Positions 13,701 to 27,102 of a stretch of 64,000 nucleotides of DNA are shown one piece after another (positions within the stretch are counted from its first letter, which is position 1; each line of letters begins with the position of its first letter). A program made the position numbers and the translations under genes. This DNA comes from Ruditapes philippinarum (Eukaryota), in contig NW_026852234.1 in NCBI RefSeq assembly GCF_026571515.1, positions 124,001-188,000 of the forward strand, in the 5' to 3' direction. The notes beneath the pieces are model-generated. The model was not told the origin of the DNA, did not search any database, and saw nothing but the letters and a program-made list of their open reading frames with translations.

Positions 13701-16700
13701 AACAAACAAGAACAGTTGGAAAGTTTATTACTCCCATCTGTACCTGAAATGTAGAAGTTTTGTTTAGGCCATAAAATAGTATCCTGTTTTCTAGTATTTA
13801 CTATTATTGTGGTTAAGGTTTAATTTTCATGAATAAACTTAACATCACAGTTGTCCGGTATTATTTTTATTCAAAGGTAAATATTTTAGTAAAAACTGTT
13901 TTACTTCATATCACAAAAAAATGTTATGATGGCATTTATCTTAATTGAGTGTTTTGTCTACAGGTCTGGGAATAAGGTGTGAACAATGTTACTGACACAT
14001 CTTTACCACTGCCTATTTTGCTAGCACTACACAGAGAAGTATACTTCCATTTTCACTTTTTCAGGTGCGCATTAAAGTTATTAAAGCCCACAATGCAGCA
14101 GTTAATAGCTGTGAATTTTTTGACGATGACGAGAAGATTCTCACTGGGTCTAGTGACCGTACAGTAAAGCTGTTTAATACTGAAGATGGAGTCTGTTTAA
14201 AGACATACAACACAAAACATACTGATATCATCACAGAGGCTAGAGGTTGCACAGAGGGATCAAAGTAAGAGGTTTCTATCAATTAAAGAGACATTAATGA
14301 GTCATTTTGTCAATAAAAAAGGCTTAAATACTGCATAGTCATTATGCACAAGTCATTTTGTAAATCAGGCCTTCCTTTACTTTGAAGTCCCCACACAAAA
14401 ATAACAACCTGATAGAGAAATTTTTCAGGCTTTTTGGGCCATTTTTTTGTTGTCTGTTTTATCATTTGATGTGACATTTTTTCATTCATAAGTGTACTCC
14501 ATAAGTTGTCAATCAACTATTTAAGTTAACAATTGCAACATAAAATTTTCAATTTTGCAACACCTTTTGGGTAATTCGATATCATGTATTGTAATGTATG
14601 AAACATACTGTTGAAATTTCATGTTATTCTACTGTGAATGATCATATAGTTAGAATTATTTTCTATATTTAGGTTTGTAACTAGCAGTTATGATAAGTCC
14701 ATACAGATGTTTGATATAGAAACAGGAAAAAATTTGGTATGATATTTTTTTTATTACAATTTTTTTTGTTATGTATTTTATCAGTTTACTATCAAGGCAT
14801 TATTTGACATTTATATTTTATCTCTATTTTTTTAATTCTTATATTTAACTGTAATTTTTCCACTTTTTTATATATGGACCGAGATTTGTACAATTGTGAA
14901 AAGGTGAAAAGTTTTGATTCATGACATTAGGTAAAATGACATACAAACAAACAAACAAAACTAGTGGCTACAACAGCTAGATTATGAATTTTAAATAATT
15001 ATTGACAATATTGTGTTCTAAATAATTAGGATGTTCAAGTGATTGAATAGATATTTGTTTATTTAACCCATCTAAAGAACATTTTTATTTACATTTTAAT
15101 TTCATGAAAGGAACTTAAGACTGATTATTATAAGGGGATTGATATTTGAACTTAAACAGTCATGTACATGTATGTGTGAAATTGTTATATCTTGCAATCA
15201 TGCACATTTTACCATTGGGCACATTTTGTAAAGAAAACCTTATCTGTTTGGAAAAGATGTTAATTGCAGCAGAAAATATGTGGTGAAAAAGGCCAGAGTG
15301 TAACATCTTTCAGCAAATTATATTGATTTGCGAACTTGACTATTGGAATACAAGGGTAAATTAAACATTAAATTCAATAGAATTTATATTGATCCCAATG
15401 TGGACAATATCATTGTCAGAACGCATGGTACACATTCCGTATATATACATTTTAATAATACTGGTATACAGTAAATAGCCTGGGTTACAGAGGATGGGAC
15501 AAAATATACATTACTATTCATTTTTGTTTATGTTTACCCTATGTTTATGTTTAGACCACTGACTGTGAGGTTCCTGGTTCGATCCTGGGTAACACCCTTG
15601 GGATTTTTCAGAAACACTTTCAGTGTTTCCCCCCTAACTAGAGGTGTACTGGTAAGAAATCCAGGTAATCCTCGCATGTATCACTGCTATACACTGGGCA
15701 TGTAAAAGAACCAAGGAATCTATTCAATAAGAGCTAGGGACTGGTTCCCGGATTCACTTGTATCTCATAGCTGTCTCTAGAGTCTGCTGAGGTAAGGACC
15801 CTACTGGAAATAAGTGCTTGCACTTTTGTAGGTTATTCTTGACCGCCCGGTTCAAAGAGAATCAATCAATCAATCAACCTACTGAATTTTTAGGATAAAA
15901 TCTAGGTTAGTGGACTTCAGTGTGCATGCATTTTTGTTATTATAATAATGATAATAATAATAATATAGACTTTCTTTAAAGAGGCAACACAGTAAGTCTT
16001 CCCTATGAGCCTCTATTATGCTTTTATTCTGTTTTCTTAGTGTTATTCTGAATTTTGTTGTAGTTTCGAAAAAGAAACATGTACTAAAGCAGGGGTGTGG
16101 GGCAGCAGCCCCAAAAAGCAAGTGTGCTAGTATTATTATTTATGACTTGCTTCTGGGGACCGATAAACAAAATGTGTTCCAATATTTATAATGGATTTGC
16201 CCTGCTGATAGTTTGGAACGGTCTGTTTTCAAAATAAAATAAGTGAGCTACCAACAGTATAGCGGCTGGTCATACACTTCACTCGATTTGAAGGCCAGCC
16301 TGGCTCTATACTGGTGGCAAAGGCTTATCTTTGTTTCATGGCAGCAGATCAAAATGTGCATATCAAAGTCTTTAGTTTCGATATTTACTCCTTCAGTGGT
16401 CAGGCAATCATAATGGAATGGTGATGTCATGTAAAATCTCTAGTGACGGAAGTATGGTCGCCTCGGGATCTGATCTAGATAATTGTCTCAAGATTTGGGA
16501 CTCACACACTGGCCAGGTTATACACAGTATTACAGGTAAAGTAAAAGCAAATTAAACTTTAAATTACCATGCTAAATTTGTAACAAAAAATAATAAAGTA
16601 TATAATGTTCTTGTCAAGCATTGAGTGGTGGCATGGCCGAATGGTTAACACGTCATACTAGTAATCTAATGATTGCTAGCCGCATGGGTTCAAATCCCAT

Positions 16701-19700
16701 CAGGGGCAAGTCGTTGTTTCCTTGAGCAAGAAACTTTACACTCATTGCTCAGTACTGGTTTGTTCCAGGAACAGATTCGAAATTGTATCTATAAGCTTAT
16801 AGCTTCCTACACAATTGAACTAAAATAAATTCTGTATAAACCAAGCATTGAATTTAGAATTGTTCATCATTAATATAATCAAGCCAGCAGTCTGTAGGGT
16901 CTGACCAGACTTTGGATTCTTTCATATGATTTACCTATCAAGCTTGCTTAGTCAAGGTTGATGAATCTACTCATTTGCCAACTCAGGTTTTAAATGATGC
17001 CTTTAGGGCTTCTGTGAACCTGGAAATTGTCCTTAACACCGTGACATTGTAACCCAATTAAAAAAACATCAAAAGACAATAAAAAATATACTGTAAAATC
17101 ATTAGATACATTCTTTTTTTCCAGATCTACACAAGAGCACTATAACAAGTGTAATGTTTGCCCCAGATAATGATAAAGTGATCACAACATCCATGGACAG
17201 GACGACGAAATTCTTTGATTTAAAAACCAGGAAAAGCACTATACATTTACAGTATGTTGCTATTTTCTTATCGTTATTTTCTATTTTAGTTCCATTTCTG
17301 TCAATTTTATCGAATCATTCCTAGGGAATTTTTCACAAAATAACTGAAACTTTTAAAGGGCTTTTTGACATGACGGAAATGAAAATAACTTTTCAAGATT
17401 AATGTCCCATTTGATGTAGGTCTACACCAATTACTTGTGTGCAAATTTTCAGATCATACGCCAACTTTGTTTTTCTAGAATAATTATTATCATTGTGAAA
17501 AAATTATTCAAAATTAAAAAGAATTGCAACTTAAATCAGGCTAAGAATAGCACAAAAATATGATTTTTAATTTATTTCTGAGTATATTTCTTATTAATTT
17601 ATTTTTGCATATCTTTCTGTTTTCAGTGCCCTAGATTATCTATGTAAGAAATTCATATTTTTATGTTTAAGTCTTTTTGACCGCAGTAGAGTTCCTTTAA
17701 GCTTTTTTTGTTTTTATTTTAAATTTTATTTTTAGACTTTTTTCTTGTTTTGTAATTTCATTTTTTTTTTGGGGGGGGGGGATTTTTTTTTTTTTTTAAT
17801 TTTGTATTCAATATTGAATATCTTTACAGGGGTCATATAAATATAGTATCAAGCTGTGATATCACCAAAGATGAGCGTAAGTTTGCTTCAGCTTCCTGGG
17901 ACAAGAATATTTGTATCTGGGACATCGCCACAGGAACATATAGGTCAAAGGGCCCAGCAAAATTATGTGCTGGACATGAGGGGTCGGTCAGCTGCTGTAA
18001 ATTTAGCAATGATGGTAAAAATGATTTTATTTTGAAATGATTTTCAATTTGCTTTTCATATTTTGGTTTCTATTTTAAATGATAGCTTTTCTGTTTTATA
18101 TGTAAAACTTCTGAGGAGTATATTAGCTTTAGTTACCATATTTTCATTTCTGTTTGAGGTAATTTTATTAACACTTGTTTGTTTTGTTTTGTTTCTTCAT
18201 TATATCATTATCAAAGAATTTAAATTAAACTCAAATTCAAAATAAACATAAAACTAAATTCTACTTTAAAGACAAAAAAATTTCCTTTTATTTTAAGAGA
18301 GGGTGTTTTTATCCTTGATAATTTAATTTTCAAAAGCCTAGATGGTAGATTTTTTTTTTATTTGTAGGTTTAATGCTGGTTTCCGGCTCCTATGACCAGA
18401 CTGTTGTAGTTTGGGACATAGAAAATGAGATACAGAAAATCAAATTACAGGTGAATTTCCACTTACAACAGTCTTTATCTTTTCTTGTTATGGTTGATAT
18501 ACCTATAGTGCTATGTCGAGTGATTAAGGTCTTTTATCACATACCCTTGCTGCTTTTGCGACTCCATAAAAATGGTATCGCTCGGCCGTGCATATATTTT
18601 GACATGACATCATTTGCGTTACACAAACATAGTGTTAAGATGTGCGAAATGTTAGCGTTATACTATAATAGTCGCATCAATGTATTTTTTTTTCACTTCA
18701 AAACGGTTGTTTTATTTGGTATGTGATAAATAGAATATAAATTTGTGCAAGTTTGTTACTAAATTTATTGAACTTGTTGAATAAAATAATGTCATGCTTG
18801 AAAGAGGCTCACTAATATAATTTTATTCAACTTGTGCAATTAATTCAGTATTAAACTTACGCTCTTTCATTATCCTCTTTTTATCTTATATCACTGAGCC
18901 CTTACCACTGTGTTTTCAAACCTACTATCAACTTGCTTGTAGGGAAGCTATCTTGCTGACTTATGGAAGCTAGTTGATCATACTCAGGTACCCAATTTTG
19001 TCTGAATTATGCAAAAAGGGGCATTTTGGGTCTTCTTCCACCATTTAAGTTGAAAAATCCAAAAATGACCTAAACATTGTCAGTTTCAGTTAATATCGAA
19101 CAAAAAATGATAAAACAGTTTTAAGTGAACAAGAATGATAACTCATTATCAACAGACAATCTGTCAATGATATTGTAATTATCTCCCTTCTTAAAAAATA
19201 TATTTGTCAGAAAACCATGTATATCTCTACCTTGCTGTTTTAATCCTTTACTTGCTGTCCCCAAAAGTGATGAGTCTTTGTCACCAGTATAGAGCCAGAC
19301 TAGTCTGCACATCCTTGTAGTCTGCCCAAGCTCTATATTGTTGGTTAACTGATGTTGTGTTGTTAGTTTTCACTTTGGATCATGGCAGTAAGCTACATTG
19401 AATTTACCAGAGCACAGTTCAGCCAATGCATCTTTCCTTGGCAGGCTGTCCAACAGTTTACAAGTACAATTGTCCTTCAATTTCGCAAGGAACTGAAACT
19501 TCAGTACAAACCAGAGCAGAGGTACAGTATTAATGACCGTAGAAAGGATTTCATGATCAATCACAACAAAAGTGACTTGGTGCGCACCGTCTGGGTATCA
19601 AACGTGAGTCACCCAATTCACTTCCAACGCTCTACCTATTGAGCTCACCGGACGGCTTTATATCCCTAAATTTATTATAGACAGTTCCAAAAAATAGCAG

Positions 19701-21953
19701 CTGGGCAAGTTCATTATACAAATTTAGCAGGTTATATGTTAAAGGAATTACAATGAAGAAAAGTGTTGCTGTATATTTCAGGGTCATACAGACTGGGTTG
19801 AAGATGTTTGTTTCAGTCAGGATCAAAGTTGGCTCATGTCTTGTGCAAGGGTAAGTGATAGCTTCCTGATATTTTAGTTTTAACAATTTGGCTTATTAAT
19901 ATACCCTAATATGGTAGTCAACCTAGAACTAATTTCAAAAGTTTTTAAAAGTTTTATTTAACTGAAACTTATATTTATGACTATTTATACATATAAAGTC
20001 CTGCACTTTTGATGTTGCATTTGCTCAGAATGATTACTGAGGACTGTTTGTAGATATATTGAATTGTCTTTACCTCTTTTCCAGGACTGTACAGTTAGAT
20101 TATGGAATATAGAAGATTCTGATAAGATTCCTATAGTGCTAGAGAAGAAGAGAGCAATTGGTGTCAAAATAACAAAGGTAGGTAGAAATATGCGTATCTT
20201 AGTTTTTTGATGCCTTAACCCGCCAGAGACTTGGGGAATTTTTACATGAGTGAGCTGCTTAGCTTTAAATAAGGTGTTGACCGAAACCTTAGATCTTCTT
20301 ACACACCAGTAAGCTGGAAAGTCACTATATGAGCTTTATAAAGTCATAAAAATAAACCAAAGAAAATAAAAATTATTGCCTAAAAATTGAGTCTTCATTT
20401 TTCTATTAGCTGGAAGGTCTCTTATCAAAATTAAATGTATTTTATTAGTATAAAAAATTTTATGGACAAGATGGTTTTCTGTTAATTGTCAAAGCGAGAC
20501 AACTACTTCACCATTCTCTACTACTTTAGAATGTTTACAGTAAGTCAGCAGTAAGCCATATAATACGTCATTATCATTACGCAGGTCGCACATGCGCACT
20601 CTCTTTCTAGCTGAGCAAAGAAACGAAGAGGATGACTTTTTACATTCGCTGAAAATTTTACAATTTTTTCAAAAGAAATTGATTTTCCACCACCTCCCTT
20701 TCCTCCACCACTTTGACTGTTGACTGTATATGTTTGAAAATTTCATGCTCTAAGTTTTAATGTTTACATAATTATTAAGTCTTTATTTAGTATTATTAAG
20801 CAAAACTTTTAATTAGTATTTTTAAGCAAAACATCCATTTATTTATGTGATACTGTTTCTGCATAATAAACTTTTATTTCTAGGCCATAATTTACATGTT
20901 TTCTTTTAATCTAGTCAATTTTACATAAACGAGTAAATATTACATAGTTTGTAGTTTTTGTAGTTTATTTTGTTTACCGCCTCGGGTGGAATTTTCTTAT
21001 TGTTCCCATTTTTATTATGTTTTTTATGCTAGTCAATATCACACTTTATAGCTCATATTTCTTTTGTTAGTCAACATTACATGTTGTTATCGGAATTTCT
21101 AAATTCTCAGTAAGAAGTCGAATTGTTTACATTTCTGTTGCTTTATTTTGTGTTAGTCAATATTTCATGTTTGTATTATGGCGGAATTTCTAATCTTTTC
21201 CCAGATAAAACAAATTGTTTACATTAATATGTTTCTTTAATTTAGTCAATATTACATGTTTGTAGTTTAAATTGTTTATGGCTTTAATAAAAGCCCATTT
21301 ACAACAGAAAACTTGTCTTGACTTATTCATTGTTTTTTTTAAGCTACACAAACTCCTGTACCTGTATAACTCAACCACTCACCACACGATGGCCATAATA
21401 ATCTATTATTTACATTAACCCTTACTGGCTGAATTTGTGTAATGAATTTGCCCTTTTTTGAATTTTGAACAATACATTTGAACTTTAAGGGATTTTATTT
21501 TCAATACACAAATATTGTGCTGCTAACAGTATAGAGCCTGGCCAGACTGCACAGTTCTGCAGGCTGACCTGGCTCTGTACTGGTGGCAAAGGTTCTAACA
21601 GGTCAAGGGTTGAAAACCAAGAAGATTTTTTTAATTTTTAGACAGCAAAGTACTTTTCATTTACATGGTATATTTGATACATTTTACTTATATTGATTGA
21701 TTTAAAATTTGCTGTACTGTAACTTTTTATCATATTTTCAGTATACAAAAGTTACTTATACTTATTAAACAATTCTTGAATTTTTCAGTGTGAGAATTGT
21801 GGTAAACCTTTCTCGATGGCGCAGCTTGATGACGCCGGAGACCTCACTAGATGTGTTTTCTGCAGGGTTCATACCTCAGACTTGTACTTTGAGAAAATGC
21901 GAACTGAATCCACAAACCCTGAAGTTACCGAACCAACCGATCCGGAGAGTTGA
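10705..21953 (+). CDS. WDR88: WD repeat-containing protein 88, complete 10-exon model, ~404 aa
   Basis: Coding exons 10705-10794, 14065-14264, 14673-14736, 16397-16535, 17125-17251, 17830-18014, 18368-18450, 19782-19850, 20085-20177, 21789-21953. All GT-AG, phases consistent, total 1215 nt. WD40 repeats (GH...SWDK..IWD, GHEGSVSCC, GHTDWV) plus the WDR88-type end RLWNIEDSDKIPIV...CENCGKPFS...CVFCR. Confidence 0.9.
11880..12125 (-). mobile_element. tRNA-derived SINE family 1
   Basis: Reverse-complement match to 15555-15866 and 25375-25600; tRNA-like A/B boxes at the 12060-12125 end. Confidence 0.75.
12829..13512 (-). mobile_element. HINE-like element family A, full copy in WDR88 intron 1
   Basis: Begins acaag..tttcctgcgg and ends in hairpin ccctgcggtc-tcca-gaccgcaggg(aa); homologous to 1-300 and 47836-48366. 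Confidence 0.75.
15555..15876 (+). mobile_element. tRNA-derived SINE family 1 with (AATC)n tail
   Basis: B-box GGTTCGATCC; body shared with the 11880 and 25375 copies; aatc repeat tail. Confidence 0.75.
16625..16841 (+). mobile_element. tRNA-derived SINE family 2 (CORE-like domain), full length with TSD
   Basis: A box TGGCCGAATGG, B box GGTTCAAATCC, CORE-like ccttgagcaagaaactttacac. 10-bp TSD CAAGCATTGA at 16615-16624 and 16842-16851. Confidence 0.8.
19370..19656 (-). mobile_element. tRNA-derived SINE with Meta-like central domain
   Basis: Minus strand: tRNA-like head (gagctcaataggtagagcg) then gattgatcatgaaatccttttctacggtcatt, resembling the MetaSINE domain (recalled, not searched). Confidence 0.55.
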
Positions 21954-23079
21954 GAAATCTGAACTACATTAAAACATACATATTTTGAAAAAATTTTAAG
22001 TGCTATACTTAATGTGTGACAAAGAAATTCTTTTAAAATTGGATCAGTGATCAGAAAAATACAAAAACACAGGACTGGTTTTATGTCATGAAATTCAGCA
22101 GGACTGTTTGTTTTCTTTTTCATGAAATACAGTCAAACATGTTGTTTATATGTCTTGAAAAACAGAGTTTATTACATGAAACAATAGTTTAAATAAAGTA
22201 AAACTTGTTTTTTACTCAATTTTTGTCTGAAAATCAAGGTTTTTTATTTTTTCATAGAGTAATTTTATTTGTACATGTAATAAAAGTTCTTTTGTGACGA
22301 AATGTTCCAAAAGTGGATTGTTTAGAACAACTTGGATTTTGCGAAGTCATTTTTGTTAATGAATAAAAGAAAAGGATTTTTTATAATCAACCCTCGAGAA
22401 AAGAACTTTGAAACATTTTTTATCACTTGAACAATCAAGCTGTCTAAAGTCAATTTTGTGTTGGTATGTACACAGATTTGAAGGGAACATAATTAATTAG
22501 GTTTTAAAGATAATTGATATGCATGTACAAACTATGACATAATAGAATGGGACACGCAACTTGGAGATTAGTCCTGCGTTATCATTAGGTCCAATGGAGC
22601 ACACATGCCGCCATCTTATATTGTTGATTGTTTTGAAAAGGTCATTTTTGTCTGTAGTAAAAAACGTGAATAAAAGATATATGTTTATATATAAGCCAAC
22701 TGGCATAAGATTTTATCAGTCCTTCAGTGGTTTCAACATAATGTAACGAATATTTATCAATGTAATTATTATAATAACGGCAATTAAGATAAAATATTAT
22801 TAAACTCTTCGTTTATTGATTGAATTTGATGGCTGTCATTTGGACGCTATCGTAAGACCACTGATCTACATGTAGTTGCTGATGTCCCAGATACTATGTT
22901 CATAAATATTCTGTGATAATTGAATGTTATTTTAATAAATTTTATGATTGTTAACTTTAGTGTTTTATATTTTTGAAGTAGCAGGTTATTTATCTATGCA
23001 AGATGAAGGATATTCATGTCCAGTGTACATGCTTAAAAATGTTCTAAAATGAATATTTAAACAAATTGTTATACATGTA

Positions 23080-23317
23080 CTGCAAAATCATAATTATTCG
23101 CGGGGCACTCATTTTCGTGATTTTCATGGATATGTCAGTCCATGAATTTAAGATTCGACAAAATTTCATTTCGTCTGTTGTAAGATTATTTTGCATCACA
23201 TTATTTACATTTTACTTTTTGGAAAAATAAACAGTCCACAAATTTAAGTACCCTCAAAAATGTTCTTTGTGACAATACCACGAAATTTCATGTCCACGAA
23301 ATTAAGTGAATTCACTG
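23080..23317. mobile_element. Degenerate TA-flanked MITE
   Basis: ta-ctgcaaaatca ... tgaattcactg-ta ends with internal ttttcgtg/ccacgaaa repeats. Confidence 0.45.
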
Positions 23318-23986
23318 TATGTAATTCTGTGATGAATATGGACAAAGATATACAGAGGATTTCAGCTTAGACTGCACTAAATGCACCATTAAACATACAA
23401 GAAAATCATACAAGGACAGCATACCATTAAACATACCATTGAAACATACCATTAATTTACTGCTATCCACTGATAAGCCTTAAGGCTTTAACTATTGAAT
23501 ACAGTCAGCATGAATAACCCGCTTAAAGTAACTAATATTATACACATAGTTGGGCAACCTTGCACTTTGAGGTCTTGTATTTACTTTTTGCTCTTTTCTT
23601 GAACACTTCTTTCATGTAATTGCGTATAGCAGACAATTGTTTTTAATAGTAGCGAGAAGGGTTTACATAGCACATCTCCAGACTAATACATAGTTGGGCC
23701 ACCTTGCACACCTAAACAGTAGAAAGTGTGTCTGACAGCTACTGTAGTTAGTGTGCCAGGAAATGCCATTGAATGTGTTTGACACATATTGCAAGAACTA
23801 AGTAATGTTTCATAATTAAGCAAGAAGAAAATATGTTTAAACTATAAATAGTATAATCCCTTGAGTTGCTTATGGTTTACTGAAATTTCAGAGCAGTAAA
23901 AGAACAATGGACAATTTAAATTTTACAACAGTAAAGGGAACAATATAAAATTAAGCAGGTGAAAGATTTAAGAAGAAAATATATAC

Positions 23987-24221
23987 GAGCTGCGTCATGA
24001 CAAAACCAACATAATGGGTTTGTGACCAGCATGGATCCAGACCAGCCTGCACATCCGCGCAGTCTGATCAGGATCCATGCTGTTCGCTTACCAAGTCTTT
24101 TACAAGTAAAGAAACTGATAGCGAACAGCATGGATCCTGATCAGACTGCGCGGATGTGCAGGCTGGTCTGGATCCATGCTGGTCGCAAACCCATTATGTT
24201 GGTTTTGTCATGACATGGCTC
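23987..24221. mobile_element. Palindromic (foldback) MITE, 102-bp arms, 31-nt loop
   Basis: Arms 23987-24088 and 24120-24221 are reverse complements with 4 mismatches; AT-rich flanks. Confidence 0.85.
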
Positions 24222-25374
24222 ATATGTAAAAAGAATAGAAATAAATGGTTCATTTATTCTTAATAGCTTAGTTTATACTTCTGTACTAAAAAAAAAGCAA
24301 AAAACACTGATGATGTTATTCATGTAGGTGCCATGCATGTATTTTAGATCAAGTATGATTTCCAAATTGTTGTTAGGTTCTACTAGTATATCCGGACTGG
24401 GACTAAAAATGTAAAAGTGTATCCTCCTGTCCCAGATCCGGAAGACCAACATGTGAATAAAGGAGCAAATCTTATTTGGATCAAGGGAGCTAATCTTTAA
24501 TGTTCTATGCAGTGATCCCCTTTCTTGTGGTGTACTGCTCAAGGGAAGTAACCACTGTATGTACTTTGGCAAACTCTTCACATTGATTACCTCCCTTGGC
24601 AGAAATTGTACTGATAAGGGGAGATATCTGCGTAGTATAGTACTGCAAAGTGATTTCCCTTGATGTAAACAAAATCTTATGAAGGTTGTTTTAAATTATA
24701 CGGAATTAACATCTTTTCATCAAAAACACGCTTTCAGAATATAAAAAGGTAAACAGTTCTATCGTAAATAAATGAATTTCCATTTGAAGTGAACGAGTTG
24801 AGTGTATTTTAACATCAAATGCAGAAGAAAACTATTTTTGTCATAAGATTTCGCGATGTAAACATTGATGGTTCATTCAAAAATCATTGTTTTAAATGTA
24901 TTCTTGGACATAATCTAACGCATTATATTTTATCCGAAATGGTTTTTTTTATATATTTTCCATTTGCTATTCGTTTTCAGATTTATATACAGGCAACATT
25001 GGTTTAATATCTTGGACAACTGAATCTCAGTTTAACAGTTTTGTTTATACAGAATTTAACCCATTCGGCTAGCGATCATGAGATTACTAGTCCAACGCGT
25101 TTACCACTCGGCCATGCCTCCACTGAACAGTTTAATGTTCCTTTGAGGCCATTGATGCTTGTCCTTTTAAAAGTGATGAAGATTAAATACTGCTTAAGCC
25201 TGTGAAAGTTCATTGCCGCTCATGAACAGACTCATTCAAACCAATTGTGCAATTTTCACACAATTACTATTGTTTTATTTGGTCTCTTGGTATCTCCACT
25301 TTTCAAGATACATGTTTTTGGTAGGGGTTCACTATCAAATTGGTCTAATTCCTATTGTATAAAAATTGTTAAAC

Positions 25375-25600
25375 CACTGACTATCACTCCTGAGGTCCCG
25401 GGTTCGATCCTGGGTTACACCCTTGGGATTTTTCAGAGACACCTTCAGTGTTTCCCACCTACCTAGAGGTGTACTGGTAAGAAATCCAGGTAGTCGTCAC
25501 ATGTATCAGTGCTATACACTGGGCATGAAAAAGAAGGAAGGGGTCTATATAATAAGAGCTATAGGGACTGGTCCCCGGATTCTCTTGTATCTCATAGCTG
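25375..25600 (+). mobile_element. tRNA-derived SINE family 1, 3'-truncated
   Basis: GGGTTCGATCCTGGG plus shared body. Confidence 0.7.
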
Positions 25601-25964
25601 TATTTATAATGTATACAATGTATACCTGCTTAGAGTGAACGTAAACAATTTTAAAGCAGTATGATGTAGAAAATAGACATGGATGATCCTTTATTGAGAT
25701 TTAATTAATCAAAAAGAGTATTCATTGTATACTGTATATTATAATTTTTTATATTTAAAACATCTTTTACTGAATAAACAAATGCACATATTTCATTTGA
25801 AATATTTAGTAGATCTAATTAAATTAATACCTGAATCATAATGTTGAATAAGAGAGCAATTTCTTTTTTTTTTGATTAATTTTCTTGTACTGGTATTTAT
25901 AATTACATGCAACTTTGTGTATATATATAGGTGTTTGTCTAGAATTCAAATGGAAATTTGAGAG

Positions 25965-27063
25965 ATGAATAGAGTAGATCAACTTCATCGAGCAATTCAG
26001 GTTGGCCTGCTGCCAGAGGTTAAAATGCTGGTTCAACTAGGAGCCAATATGGACCATGTATTGGGTAGGAATATTACAGCTTTTATTTACCGTCTGTCTG
26101 TCTGTTTGTCCCTACTTCATGCGTGTCTGGACTGTAACTTTTTCATACATTGAAGGAATTTCTAAATAACTTGTGACAAATGTCAACCACATCAAAACGA
26201 TGTGTCGCGTCCAAGAACCATGTCCCTACCTCAAAGGTCAAGGTCACACTATCATTTTGAAGTTTCACATTATCGCAAATAAAGTAAATAGGTACACACA
26301 TTCGTGTCCGGAATGTAACTTAGTCATGCATCGAATGATTTTTAAATAAATGTCTACCACATCAAGACGATGTGTCCTGTCCAAGAATTACCTCTTTACC
26401 TCAAAGGTCAAGGTCACACTAACATTTTGAAGTTTCACTATATCATAATTAGAGTTTATAGGTACACACATTTATGTCCGACTTTAACTTTGTCATGCAT
26501 CGAAGGATTTTAAATTTACATGTACTAGGCATTAATGTCTTCCCGTCAAGTCAACATGTCGCCCTTGTCCCTACCGTTAAGGTCAAGGTCACACTTATAG
26601 TTTGGAGGTACTCATTCTCTTGAGAAGAGTTTTAAGATACTCATTCATATCCAGACTGAAAGTTTGTCATGCATGGAAGAATTTTAAAATAACTCAATGT
26701 CTACCACATCAAGACAATGTGTCATGGCTAATGCTCATGTTCATCTGTCCGTCCATGTGTCCCCACTTACACAACAATCATGTCCAGACTGTAACTTTGT
26801 CATGCACTGAGGGATTTTGACATAACTTGGCACAAATGTCTATCTCATAACAACATTTTGTCGCGTCCAGGAACCACGTCCCTTCTTTAAAGTCAACGTC
26901 ACACTTATATTTTGAAGGTTCACGCCATTACAATTAGAGATTACGGGTACAATAATACAAAAAACAATATTCAGCAATTAGTTACTTTCATTCTCTTTTC
27001 ATAATACCTGCATGTTTAAGAAACCTTTTCGGGGGCATTTGTCACTTGGGTGACAGCTCTTGT

Positions 27064-27102
<39 letters not shown>

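Noticed and set aside
13964-13976. 13-nt WDR88 micro-exon
   Set aside because: It contains an in-frame stop after exon 1 and is not frame-preserving; the model is complete without it.
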